Below, piece by piece: positions 1 to 7,517 of a stretch of DNA of 24,000 bases. Source of the DNA: Thermodesulfitimonas autotrophica (lineage in GTDB: Bacteria; Bacillota; Desulfotomaculia; Desulfotomaculales; Ammonificaceae). The stretch spans positions 46,460 through 70,459 of the forward strand of contig NZ_RKRE01000001.1 of the NCBI RefSeq assembly GCF_003815015.1, given 5' to 3'. The translations under genes and the position numbers were made by a program. The notes below the pieces were generated by a model. The model was not told the origin of the DNA, did not search any database, and was given only the letters and a program-made list of their open reading frames with translations. The stretch's first letter is position 1. The number at the start of each line of letters is the position of its first letter.

Positions 1-188
1 AGGAAGAGGCGCCGCGTATCTTGGGGGTGCTGGTGGTGGCCGACGGCGCCGCCGATCCGGCAGTGAAGGCGGAAATCTTCCGCGCGGTTCAGGTGGCGCT
101 CGGCGTTGAAGCGCACCGGGTCCTCGTCCTGCCACGCCAGCGGCACACCGGGGTTGCTTTTCCCTCAGGAGCTGAGGGCGCCAAATGA
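1..188 (+). CDS. spoIIIAG: Stage III sporulation protein AG, C-terminal fragment (5' end lies outside the window)
   Basis: Frame 3 is open from the window edge to TGA at 186-188. It translates to ...RILGVLVVADGAADPAVKAEIFRAVQVALGVEAHRVLVLP..., which resembles the conserved SpoIIIAG C-terminus. It sits directly upstream of spoIIIAH as in the spoIIIA operon. Confidence 0.6.
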   Translation, partial: EEAPRILGVLVVADGAADPAVKAEIFRAVQVALGVEAHRVLVLPRQRHTGVAFPSGAEGAK

Positions 189-249
189 GGCTTGAAGGGC
201 GGTTGCCGTTAAAGTGCCGTCAGGGAAAAATCTTACGGGAGGTGCGAGA

Positions 250-777
250 ATGGCGCGTTTTGTGCTGCTGCCGAAGCGGGTGGTAGTCGGTTTCGTGGTC
301 CTTCTTCTCGCCGGGGGCGTGGCCCTTACGGCCTGCGGGGGCTGGACGGCGACCAAGGATGGCGCGCGCCAGGCGGCCGGGAAGGTAACTGTGGTCAGCG
401 CCCCTTACCAGCAGGAGGTGAAGGCACCCCGGGACAGTTTCTTTGTGGACTACAGCCTTGAGCGCGAAATCAACCGCAGCCGTCAGCTCGAGCTTTTACG
501 GGAGATCGCGTCCGGGACGGCTACCGACGAGGCGACGCGGAAGCGGGCGCAGGAGCGCTTGATGGTGCTTAGCGAACGGGCGGAGAAGGAGGCGCGGTTA
601 GAAGGCATCCTGCGGGCGAAGGGGTTTAAGGATGCCGCCGTGGCGATTGGGGAGCAGAGCGTGACGGTGATCGTGCCGGGAAGGGTCCCTCCTGAGGAGA
701 CGACCACCATTGCGGCCCTTGTTTACCACACCGTTGGGGTGCCGCAGGAGCAGGTAGTTATTCTCGGGCACGAGTGA
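250..777 (+). CDS. spoIIIAH: Stage III sporulation protein AH (N-terminal membrane anchor plus YscJ/FliF-like domain)
   Basis: The ORF track begins at 214, but I prefer the ATG at 250 because GGGAGG at 238-243 precedes it. N-terminal hydrophobic segment VVVGFVVLLLAGGVALTA. The body (FFVDYSLEREINRSRQLELLREI...RLEGILRAKGF.DAAV) looks SpoIIIAH-like. Synteny after spoIIIAG supports the call. Confidence 0.75.
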   Translation: MARFVLLPKRVVVGFVVLLLAGGVALTACGGWTATKDGARQAAGKVTVVSAPYQQEVKAPRDSFFVDYSLEREINRSRQLELLREIASGTATDEATRKRAQERLMVLSERAEKEARLEGILRAKGFKDAAVAIGEQSVTVIVPGRVPPEETTTIAALVYHTVGVPQEQVVILGHE

Positions 778-781
778 AGTT

Positions 782-1669
782 TTAACCGAAAATCCGGGCG
801 AAGACGTAATCGGCCTTGAGGCGCGCCATAGCGGTAACCTTTTCGATGTCGGCGCCAAGACATATCGCCAGGAGCTGGGCGTAATGGAGGACGGGGATTT
901 TGAAGTGAATGCGCTGTCTGGTAAGGAGGAACTCCTGGGCCATATCCAGCTGGAGCAAACAGGAGCTGCAGCCGGTGACGATCAGGTGGGGGTTAGCCTC
1001 CTCCTTTATCGAACGCAATTTTCTTTCTACCAGGATTAACGACTTGCTCAAGTCCGTGCTGCGCATCCCGCCCATGCCGCAGCAATCAAGTAACCGGCTG
1101 TAGTAGGGAACGGTAGCTCCTAAGGCTGCGCAGAGTTCTTTGAGGGCCGTAGGGTGGAAGGGGTCTTCTTCCCCTTCTTGGCACATCCTCCTGGGCCAGA
1201 GGGTGAGGCAACCTGGTTGGATGGCGATCCGGAGACCCTGGAGGCAGTTTTGCGTTGCTTCCCGAATCCGCTCCCGCCCAACTTCCCGGAGGAGGAAATA
1301 GACGATGTGCCTTGCCCGGCTAGTTCCTTTGTACTCCTTACCGACCTCCCGGAGCAAGGCATCGACTTTCTGCTGTACTGCGGCGTCGCTCAGGATAACG
1401 TTTCTGGCCCGGGTAAGGCTGCCGTAACACGTGCTGCAGACAGTGACCAGGTCTACCCCCTTCTTTTCTGCCAGCGCGAGGTTTCGGGCGGCCAGGGCGC
1501 ACCAGCCGGCAAGGTCTATTGAAGGCAAGGTGCCCCAGGTAGGGCAGCAGGACTGTCCCTCAATATCCTCCAACGTTACGCCGAGTCGGGGCAGGGCGAA
1601 ACGGACCGCGAGCTCGAGGTCGGGCCGGTTAAAAGCGACGTTACAACCAATAAAAAAACCTATCCGCAT
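782..1669 (-). CDS. hdrB: Heterodisulfide reductase subunit B-like protein, second (distal) paralogue
   Basis: Two CCG-type cysteine motifs are present (GQSCCPTWG...CSTCYGS and QPGC...DCCGMGGMRS...CSSCLLQ). It aligns along its full length with the other HdrB at 6048-6938, roughly 60% identity by eye. The start lies 4 nt after the stop of the upstream hdrC paralogue. Confidence 0.85.
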   Translation of the reverse strand: MRIGFFIGCNVAFNRPDLELAVRFALPRLGVTLEDIEGQSCCPTWGTLPSIDLAGWCALAARNLALAEKKGVDLVTVCSTCYGSLTRARNVILSDAAVQQKVDALLREVGKEYKGTSRARHIVYFLLREVGRERIREATQNCLQGLRIAIQPGCLTLWPRRMCQEGEEDPFHPTALKELCAALGATVPYYSRLLDCCGMGGMRSTDLSKSLILVERKLRSIKEEANPHLIVTGCSSCLLQLDMAQEFLLTRQRIHFKIPVLHYAQLLAICLGADIEKVTAMARLKADYVFARIFG

Positions 1670-1673
1670 CCCA

Positions 1674-2264
1674 TCACCATAACTTTTTATCCGTTATCCC
1701 GTAGAGGCTCTCGCCAGTCGGGCCCATGGGGATGATCCCTAATTTGGCCAGAGCTGTCCGGCGCATGATCGCCTGCACCTCCCCGAGCGCCTTGGAGGAC
1801 GCCAGCGTTGTCGGCGGTTTTTCCGGGAGACCGATTTTTTTTCGGGGCGGCCCGGCTTCGGCAAGATGAACGGCGTGCCCGGTTTCGTAAAGGGAACGGA
1901 GGCCCTCGACGGCCATGGCGGGGAGCGCGTACTCGGATACCGCAAACCGGCGGGCAGCGAGGATGATTCCGAAGGAATCTATCCCCTGGGGACATACCTC
2001 CGTACACCGGTTGCAAGACTGACACGCCCAAATGGAAGCGTCGTTTAAAAGGAGCTCTTTGAAGCCCATCAGGATGGTCTGAATGAGGCGCTTGTTGAAA
2101 AAAGGAAAACCGGTCAGAACCAAAGGGCAGGCGGCGGCACACTTGCCGCACTGGGTGCAAGCAAAGATATCCGCCGCTCCGAGGGTGCGAACCGTATCTG
2201 CCAGACCGGGATCACTCTGGGTGGGGTCGAAGATTGTTGGGTCTGGTTCTTTAAAGAGGAGCAT
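1674..2264 (-). CDS. hdrC: Heterodisulfide reductase subunit C-like protein (2x[4Fe-4S] ferredoxin-type), second paralogue
   Basis: Two CxxCxxCxxxCP clusters (CTQCGKCAAACP, CQSCNRCTEVCP). It is collinear with HdrC at 6942-7517. The ORF extends to 2291, but the ATG at 2264 is preceded by GGGAGGAA at good spacing, so 2264 is preferred and 2291 remains possible. Confidence 0.8.
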   Translation of the reverse strand: MLLFKEPDPTIFDPTQSDPGLADTVRTLGAADIFACTQCGKCAAACPLVLTGFPFFNKRLIQTILMGFKELLLNDASIWACQSCNRCTEVCPQGIDSFGIILAARRFAVSEYALPAMAVEGLRSLYETGHAVHLAEAGPPRKKIGLPEKPPTTLASSKALGEVQAIMRRTALAKLGIIPMGPTGESLYGITDKKLW

Positions 2265-2456
2265 CCCCGTTTCCTCCCGTAAAGGAGCCATTCTTCGCCT
2301 TGATAATCTGTTAATTCAACATCTTTTAAGCGATTCCTCTTTTAGTTACCTATGCTTTGTCGCGTTACTTCTAACAGTTTACCGTCAACCCTGCGGGGGA
2401 ACGCTTACCAGCGAAGAGTCTTGGGTTTGGGTGCGGATATGGGACGGGATAGTTGT

Positions 2457-2918
2457 TTACGCTTGCGGCTCCTTTCCCGCAGGAAAAAGATGCTTCTTTA
2501 TCCGGCTTACCGCTTCCGGAACGGCCGCTGCCACCTCTGGCGTACACTCCCGGCCAAAAGAGGTTGCGTCCGCAACCTCAACCGTCACAATTTTGATTTC
2601 GCGGGGCATCTCTGGACCGAATAGTTCGTAGCCGATCTTTAAAGTGGTGGGCAAGGAGAGATTGTGGGTGCCGGAGAAGGTGTAGGTATAAAAAAGGTCG
2701 TCCGGGGTGAATTCGCGCACCGTTCCCGGCGCATCCCCCAGCCTGACGCCGTCAACGATGATTGCCCGGTCGTAGCCGAGCAGCTTGTCAAGAACCTTAA
2801 AGTCGGTGGTCATCAAAATCTCGGTGTCCACCACGCCTTCGAAATGACGGGCAACCTTAATCCCGACGGCGTCGTCGGTTAAAACCGGGTTGCCGATACC
2901 GAGCACGATGGTGCGCAA
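2457..2918 (-). CDS. [NiFe]-hydrogenase maturation endopeptidase (HyaD/HycI/FrhD family)
   Basis: N-terminus MRTIVLGIGNPVLTDDAVGIKVA and ...DRAIIVDGV... are typical of hydrogenase C-terminal processing proteases. TTG start with GGGGTGA 7 nt upstream. It lies downstream of the large-subunit gene. Confidence 0.85.
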   Translation of the reverse strand: MRTIVLGIGNPVLTDDAVGIKVARHFEGVVDTEILMTTDFKVLDKLLGYDRAIIVDGVRLGDAPGTVREFTPDDLFYTYTFSGTHNLSLPTTLKIGYELFGPEMPREIKIVTVEVADATSFGRECTPEVAAAVPEAVSRIKKHLFPAGKEPQA

Positions 2919-2934
2919 TCATCTCACCCCTGAG

Positions 2935-2956
2935 GAACGTTTGACGTTAAACGTTC
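2935..2956 (-). repeat. Three tandem heptads with an ACGTT core, also foldable as an 8-bp hairpin, just 5' of the protease RBS
   Basis: Plus strand reads GAACGTT TGACGTT AAACGTT. GAACGTTT (2935-2942) is the reverse complement of AAACGTTC (2949-2956). In the gene sense it reads AACGTTT AACGTCA AACGTTC followed by ctcaGGGGTGAgatgaTTG. Confidence 0.6.
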
Positions 2957-3034
2957 AAAGTTTTAGCAGCCGCTAATCTCGAATCAGCGGGGCGTCTCCG
3001 GCACGAAAGGCATTGCGGGCAGCACCAGAAGCGC

Positions 3035-3108
3035 CCCCGCACTCAGGCGAAATCTACGTGCCCCAAATGGCGGTTAGGTTTCATTAGGCACTCCGCCCGA
3101 GTGCGGGG
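3035..3108 (-). other. Mutually exclusive helices within the mvhA-protease spacer
   Basis: CCCCGCACTC (3035-3044) is the exact reverse complement of GAGTGCGGGG (3099-3108). GCACTC (3088-3093) competes for the same GAGTGC (3099-3104) across a 5-nt loop. Confidence 0.5.
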
Positions 3109-3190
3109 CTACGCTCTTTCCGGCTTCAGCGGGCAACGTTACCATTTTAAACCTGCCGTTAGTATGGGCAAACGTTTACACCGCTGTTTC

Positions 3191-4654
3191 TTAAAAATTC
3201 CGCAAGGTTTTGTAAAGTTCGCCCTTATGGTCGTAAATATCTACCTGAACCGGCAGCCGGCCCGGCAGAACGTGGGTGGCGCAGGCCAGGCAGATATCGT
3301 AGGGTCGGTAGGCGATCTCCACGAGATTCAAAATGCCCTCGTCCACTTTCCCGTTCCGGATAAAGTGGGCGGCGGCGCGTCTAACCGCAACGTTGATGGG
3401 GCCTTTGTTGTGGGTGGTGGCCACAATCAGGTTGGCCTCCTGGACGATGCCCTTATCATCGGTCTTATAGTGGTGGATTAAAGTGCCGCGGCAGGCTTCG
3501 ATGATACCTACGCCTTCGCTTGGCTTGCCGAGCTCGGCCCGGACGTCGGGGCTGGTGATGCTCTCGTCCGCGGCTATTTGTTGCACCTTCTCAGCCGCGT
3601 TGAGCAGCTCGATGGCCCGGGCCCAGTGGTAGGCCAGGATGTTATGCACGGGTTTTACGCCGAAGGTTGCGAACATCCGCTCGTAGGCCTCCTGGGCGAG
3701 CGGCGTATCCATTCCCTCCGCGACGTTAAGCCGCGCGAGCGGCCCGACGCAGTAGAGGCTTGTACCCGGGCCGTCGACGATGCCCTTCCAGCCGATCGGT
3801 TTCAAATACGGCATCTTAAGGTAGCTCCAGGGAAGCACCCTTTCGGCAATGAAGTCGAGGTAACCCTTGCCGGTGAAACGGCCGATCTCCCTGCCTTCGG
3901 TATCGACGATCCGCTGGATACCGTCGTAATACTGAACCCGGTTTTTCTCGTCCACCGTTCCCATATAGTTGACTACAACCTTGTAAACGTCGCCGGTGAC
4001 TAACTTCATGTAGTTTTCGTTTTTGAGCACCACGTCTTCGAAGACCTTGAGGGTGAGCTGGCCCAGTTCAACCATTTCTTTGGCGAGGGCGAGGATCTCT
4101 TTTCGTTCTTCTTCCGTCACCCGCTTCGACCAGCCGCCCGGCAGTGCGGCTACCGGATGGATGGGTTTCCCGGCCAGCATCTCGATTACCTTGACCGCGG
4201 CGTAACGCTTCTTGAGCACCAACTTGCCGGTTTCGGCGCCAACGGCCTGGATAAGACCGATGAGGTTCCGCTCGGCCGGGCTGGCGGTGGGACCGGCCAC
4301 GAAATCCGGGAAACCGAGGGCGTAGAGAATTGCGGCGTGGTCCTCCACGTAGTGGGAATTGAGCACTAACTCCCGGATCTTCCGCGCGGTCGGCGTCGGC
4401 TCTACCTGGTAGACCGCGTCCGCCGCCTTTACCGACGCGGTGAAGTGGACGCAGCGGCAGACGCCGCAGATGGTAGAAACGGTCCGCGGCACCTCTTCGA
4501 TGGGCATGCCGCGGAGGAACTGCTCGTAGCCGCGGAGCTCGACCGTCTGGAAGAAGGCGTTATCTACATTCCCCTGCTCGTCGAGAAAAACGGTAATCTT
4601 GCCGTGGCCTTCGAGCCGGGTCATCGGGTTGATTTCGATCTTCGTGACCGACAT
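3191..4654 (-). CDS. mvhA: Cytoplasmic [NiFe]-hydrogenase large subunit, MvhA/VhuA-like (group 3c type)
   Basis: N-terminal RLEGHGKI and the ICGVCRCVH Ni-ligand CxxC motif. C-terminal DICLACATH motif followed by a 26-aa extension, the expected protease substrate. RBS GGGGTGA upstream. Located in an mvhD-mvhG-mvhA arrangement. Confidence 0.9.
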   Translation of the reverse strand: MSVTKIEINPMTRLEGHGKITVFLDEQGNVDNAFFQTVELRGYEQFLRGMPIEEVPRTVSTICGVCRCVHFTASVKAADAVYQVEPTPTARKIRELVLNSHYVEDHAAILYALGFPDFVAGPTASPAERNLIGLIQAVGAETGKLVLKKRYAAVKVIEMLAGKPIHPVAALPGGWSKRVTEEERKEILALAKEMVELGQLTLKVFEDVVLKNENYMKLVTGDVYKVVVNYMGTVDEKNRVQYYDGIQRIVDTEGREIGRFTGKGYLDFIAERVLPWSYLKMPYLKPIGWKGIVDGPGTSLYCVGPLARLNVAEGMDTPLAQEAYERMFATFGVKPVHNILAYHWARAIELLNAAEKVQQIAADESITSPDVRAELGKPSEGVGIIEACRGTLIHHYKTDDKGIVQEANLIVATTHNKGPINVAVRRAAAHFIRNGKVDEGILNLVEIAYRPYDICLACATHVLPGRLPVQVDIYDHKGELYKTLRNF

Positions 4655-4670
4655 TGGTATTCACCCCTAT

Positions 4671-5636
4671 CTATTTCACTTTTTGGCCCAGCAAGGAGGC
4701 GGGCAAAGAGTAACGGTAAAAAAGCTTGACCGGGCTGGGGATCTGATCAACCAGCGCTTCGTCCGCGAGGAGCCCGGCGATGGCGCTCACGGCCCGCAAA
4801 CCGAAGTCCTTGACGCCGGGGATGGGCCCGCCGCAGCCCCGACACGGAATGTTGACCTTCGGGCACAGCGCACCGCAGTCGCCCTGGGTTACCGGTCCCA
4901 GGCAGAGGTAGCCCTGCTGCAGGAGGCACTTGCCTTCTCCCGGAACGCCGTCGATGGTCCGCTTGATTTCCTTAATCGGCTGCCTTTCTTCGCCTCTGGC
5001 AGCCGGATTGCGGTCGCATACGTCACAGACGGCCTTACCGCTCGTAATCCAAGAGCCGGGCGGTGGCAGCTTGCCTTGAAGAATGGCCAGGATGGCCTGG
5101 CCGACGAAAGAGTGGTGGGGCGGGCAGCCGCCGACAAAGTAATCGACGGGCACGACGTCCTGAAGGGTCCGCACGTGACCGTAGAACTCGGGTAGGGTGA
5201 GTTCGTACTTGCCGTCCACCACGCACCTTGTCTGGGGGGTGATGCCCTCCGGGTTATCGGTGCTGTAAGTGTCGAAGTAGGCGGTCCGGAAGATTTCTTC
5301 TTTCGTGTGCATGTTACCCATGCCCGGGATGCCGCCGAGCGCGGCGCAGGCGCCGTAGGCAACCAGGACCTTGCACTTCTGGCGCATCACTTTGGCGATG
5401 TGCTCCTGCTCGCCGAGGCGGACCATACCGGAGTAAAGCCCGACGTCGATTGATTTGTCCGGCATCGCCTCGAGGTCTTTGTACTTCACGTCGGCAACGG
5501 TGGGAGCCCAGAAGACTACTTCGAGCTGGGGCAGCACGTCTACCAACGTTTCCGACAGGTCTACGATGGCCATATCGCAGCCGCCACACCCGCCGGAGAG
5601 GAAATAGGCTAAGCTAAGCTTACCGGCCATCTCCAT
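4671..5636 (-). CDS. mvhG: [NiFe]-hydrogenase small subunit, MvhG/VhuG-like (no Tat signal)
   Basis: N-terminus ...YFLSGGCGGCDMAIVD is the proximal-cluster motif. Cys-rich C-terminal part (CDVCDRNP..., CLGPVTQGDCGALCP..., CRGCGGP). No twin-arginine leader. Overlaps mvhD by 17 nt. Confidence 0.85.
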   Translation of the reverse strand: MEMAGKLSLAYFLSGGCGGCDMAIVDLSETLVDVLPQLEVVFWAPTVADVKYKDLEAMPDKSIDVGLYSGMVRLGEQEHIAKVMRQKCKVLVAYGACAALGGIPGMGNMHTKEEIFRTAYFDTYSTDNPEGITPQTRCVVDGKYELTLPEFYGHVRTLQDVVPVDYFVGGCPPHHSFVGQAILAILQGKLPPPGSWITSGKAVCDVCDRNPAARGEERQPIKEIKRTIDGVPGEGKCLLQQGYLCLGPVTQGDCGALCPKVNIPCRGCGGPIPGVKDFGLRAVSAIAGLLADEALVDQIPSPVKLFYRYSLPASLLGQKVK

Positions 5637-6051
5637 CCCTCCCGAGGGGATTCGGGCCGAGTTCCCGAATCTTTTTATCGAATTCCGTCATTACTTCGGC
5701 GAAGCGCTTTCCTTCGGAGCCGGAGATCCACTCCAACCGCACCCTTTCGGGTTCAATGCCCATTTCGGTGAGCATCCGTTTGAGGAGGTTGAAGCGACGG
5801 ATGGCCTTGTAATTACCCTCCTTATAATGGCAGTCGCCGAAATGGCAGCCGCCCACAAAGACACCGTCGGCCCCCTTTTTGAGCGCCGTTACGATGAACT
5901 CGGGCTCTATCCGTCCGGAACAAGGGACCCTCACGATCTTGATGGTGGGCGGATAGGAATAGCGCAGGCTGCCTGCGAGGTCCGCCCCCTGGTAGGTACA
6001 CCAGTTGCAGGCAAAGACCACGATGTTGGGCGTCCAATCACCCATCTTCAT
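5620..6051 (-). CDS. mvhD: Methyl-viologen-reducing hydrogenase delta subunit (MvhD/FlpD family, [2Fe-2S] adaptor to HdrA)
   Basis: IVVFACNWCTYQGADLAG...VRVPCSGRIEPEFIVTALKKGADGVFVGGCHFGDCHY is the hallmark MvhD pattern. A 4-nt ATGA-type overlap with hdrB suggests translational coupling. Confidence 0.9.
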   Translation of the reverse strand: MKMGDWTPNIVVFACNWCTYQGADLAGSLRYSYPPTIKIVRVPCSGRIEPEFIVTALKKGADGVFVGGCHFGDCHYKEGNYKAIRRFNLLKRMLTEMGIEPERVRLEWISGSEGKRFAEVMTEFDKKIRELGPNPLGRDGDGR

Positions 6052-6938
6052 CCCTCCAGGATTTTATTTACGACCGACTGCACATTTGTTTTGCCGAGGC
6101 TCGCAACCTGCCCCGGTTCCGCCCCGAGGCAGAGGGCTAAAAGCTGCATGTAGTGTAGAACTGGTATCTCATAGTTAATCTTTCGGTCTTTTTGCAGGAA
6201 CCCTTGAGCCGTATCCAGCTGGATCAGGCAGGAACTACAGGCGGTGACGATCAGGTCCGGGTTGATCTCTTCCTTCATGGAGTTAAGTTTTTTCTCCACC
6301 AGCTTGAATGACTTCTCCATGTCGGTGCTGCGCATCCCGCCCATGCCGCAACAGTCGAGGAGCCGGCTGTAGTACGGCGCTTTGGCTCCGAGGGCTTCAC
6401 AGAGCTCGATTAAGACCTTAGGGTGGAACGTATCCTCTTCTTTGTCCTCGTAAACCTCACTCGGCCAGAGCGCGTGGCATCCCGGCTGGACCGCGATGGT
6501 TATGCCGTCGAGCTTGTGCCGGACGGCTTCCTTAATCTTCTCCGGGCCGAGCTCTTTGTACAGGTAACAGATCGCGTGTCTTATCCGGCTGGTTCCTTTG
6601 AATTCCCTCCCGATGCTTTTGAGCATCGCGTTGACCCGGGCCTTCAGCTCCGGATCGGATAGAAGCTTGTGGCGGCTTTCGGCCAGGCTGCCGTAACAGC
6701 TGCCGCAAACCGTGATCATGTCGAGGTTTTTTTCTTCTGCGAGCGCGTAATTTCTGGCGCCGACGGCGCACCAGCCGGCAAGGTCGATAGAAGGCATCGT
6801 CCCCCAGGTCGGGCAGCAGGACTGCCCTTCAAGGTCGTCGAGCTCCACGCCGAGCGCCGGGAAGGCGTAGCGCACCGCCTTTTCGAGATCGGGCCGGTTA
6901 AAGGCTGTATTGCAGCCGACAAAAAATCCTACACGCAT
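6048..6938 (-). CDS. hdrB: Heterodisulfide reductase subunit B (proximal copy)
   Basis: Two CCG domains (GQSCCPTWG...CGSCYGS; QPGC...DCCGMGGMRS...CSSCLIQ). Lies directly after hdrC in an hdrA-hdrC-hdrB order. Confidence 0.9.
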   Translation of the reverse strand: MRVGFFVGCNTAFNRPDLEKAVRYAFPALGVELDDLEGQSCCPTWGTMPSIDLAGWCAVGARNYALAEEKNLDMITVCGSCYGSLAESRHKLLSDPELKARVNAMLKSIGREFKGTSRIRHAICYLYKELGPEKIKEAVRHKLDGITIAVQPGCHALWPSEVYEDKEEDTFHPKVLIELCEALGAKAPYYSRLLDCCGMGGMRSTDMEKSFKLVEKKLNSMKEEINPDLIVTACSSCLIQLDTAQGFLQKDRKINYEIPVLHYMQLLALCLGAEPGQVASLGKTNVQSVVNKILEG

Positions 6939-6941
6939 AGG

Positions 6942-7517
6942 CTACACCTCGCAACTTTCTTTTACTCCGGACTTGCCCATGGGGATGATGCCCAGGTCAG
7001 ATAGAGCGGTCTGCTCGAGTAACGCCTGTAACTCGCGTAAAGCTGTTGGATGCGCAACCGTTGACGGGGGCTTTTGCGGCAGGCCGACCTTTACCCGGTT
7101 CTCGTGCGCCTGCGCGAGATAGACCGCGTGGCCGACATCGTAAAGCGACTTTATTCCTTCAATGGCCAGGGTGGGGAGGGCGAATTCGCGGACGGCTACG
7201 CGGCGCATGGCCTGCATTACCTCGAAGGGATTTACCTTCCGGGGACAGACCTCGGTACAACGGTTACAGGACTGGCAGGCCCAGATGGAGGTATCGTCGA
7301 GAAGCATCTCCTTCAAACCAAGCAGGATGGCCTGGATCACTCGCTTGTTAAAAAACGGGAAACCGGCAAGGGCCATCGGACAGGCGGCGGCGCACTTGGC
7401 ACATTGGATGCAATCAAGGATATGGGTGGCTCCGAGCGCCTTGATTTCGTCGACGAAGCCTTTTTCGCCTGCGGAAAGATTAATGACTTCCGGTACGGCT
7501 TCCGCAGCGTTAGACAT
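6942..7517 (-). CDS. hdrC: Heterodisulfide reductase subunit C (proximal copy)
   Basis: Two ferredoxin-type motifs CIQCAKCAAACP and CQSCNRCTEVCP. An 8-nt overlap with hdrA. Confidence 0.9.
   Translation of the reverse strand: MSNAAEAVPEVINLSAGEKGFVDEIKALGATHILDCIQCAKCAAACPMALAGFPFFNKRVIQAILLGLKEMLLDDTSIWACQSCNRCTEVCPRKVNPFEVMQAMRRVAVREFALPTLAIEGIKSLYDVGHAVYLAQAHENRVKVGLPQKPPSTVAHPTALRELQALLEQTALSDLGIIPMGKSGVKESCEV

Noticed and set aside
214-249. Upstream starts offered by the ORF track: 214 for spoIIIAH, 10049 for pycB, 13341 for asp23, 14381 for the DUF2273-like gene and 2291 for hdrC'.
   Set aside because: In each case a downstream in-frame start has a much better Shine-Dalgarno at 6-10 nt spacing, and the extra N-terminal residues are not family-like. 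These remain alternatives rather than exclusions.
3084-3108. CIRCE-like inverted repeat (TTAGGCACTC-N5-GAGTGCGGG), which would suggest an HrcA operator.
   Set aside because: CIRCE is TTAGCACTC-N9-GAGTGCTAA. Here the spacer is 5 nt, the left arm has an extra G and the right arm lacks TAA. The context is a hydrogenase operon interior, not a chaperone promoter.
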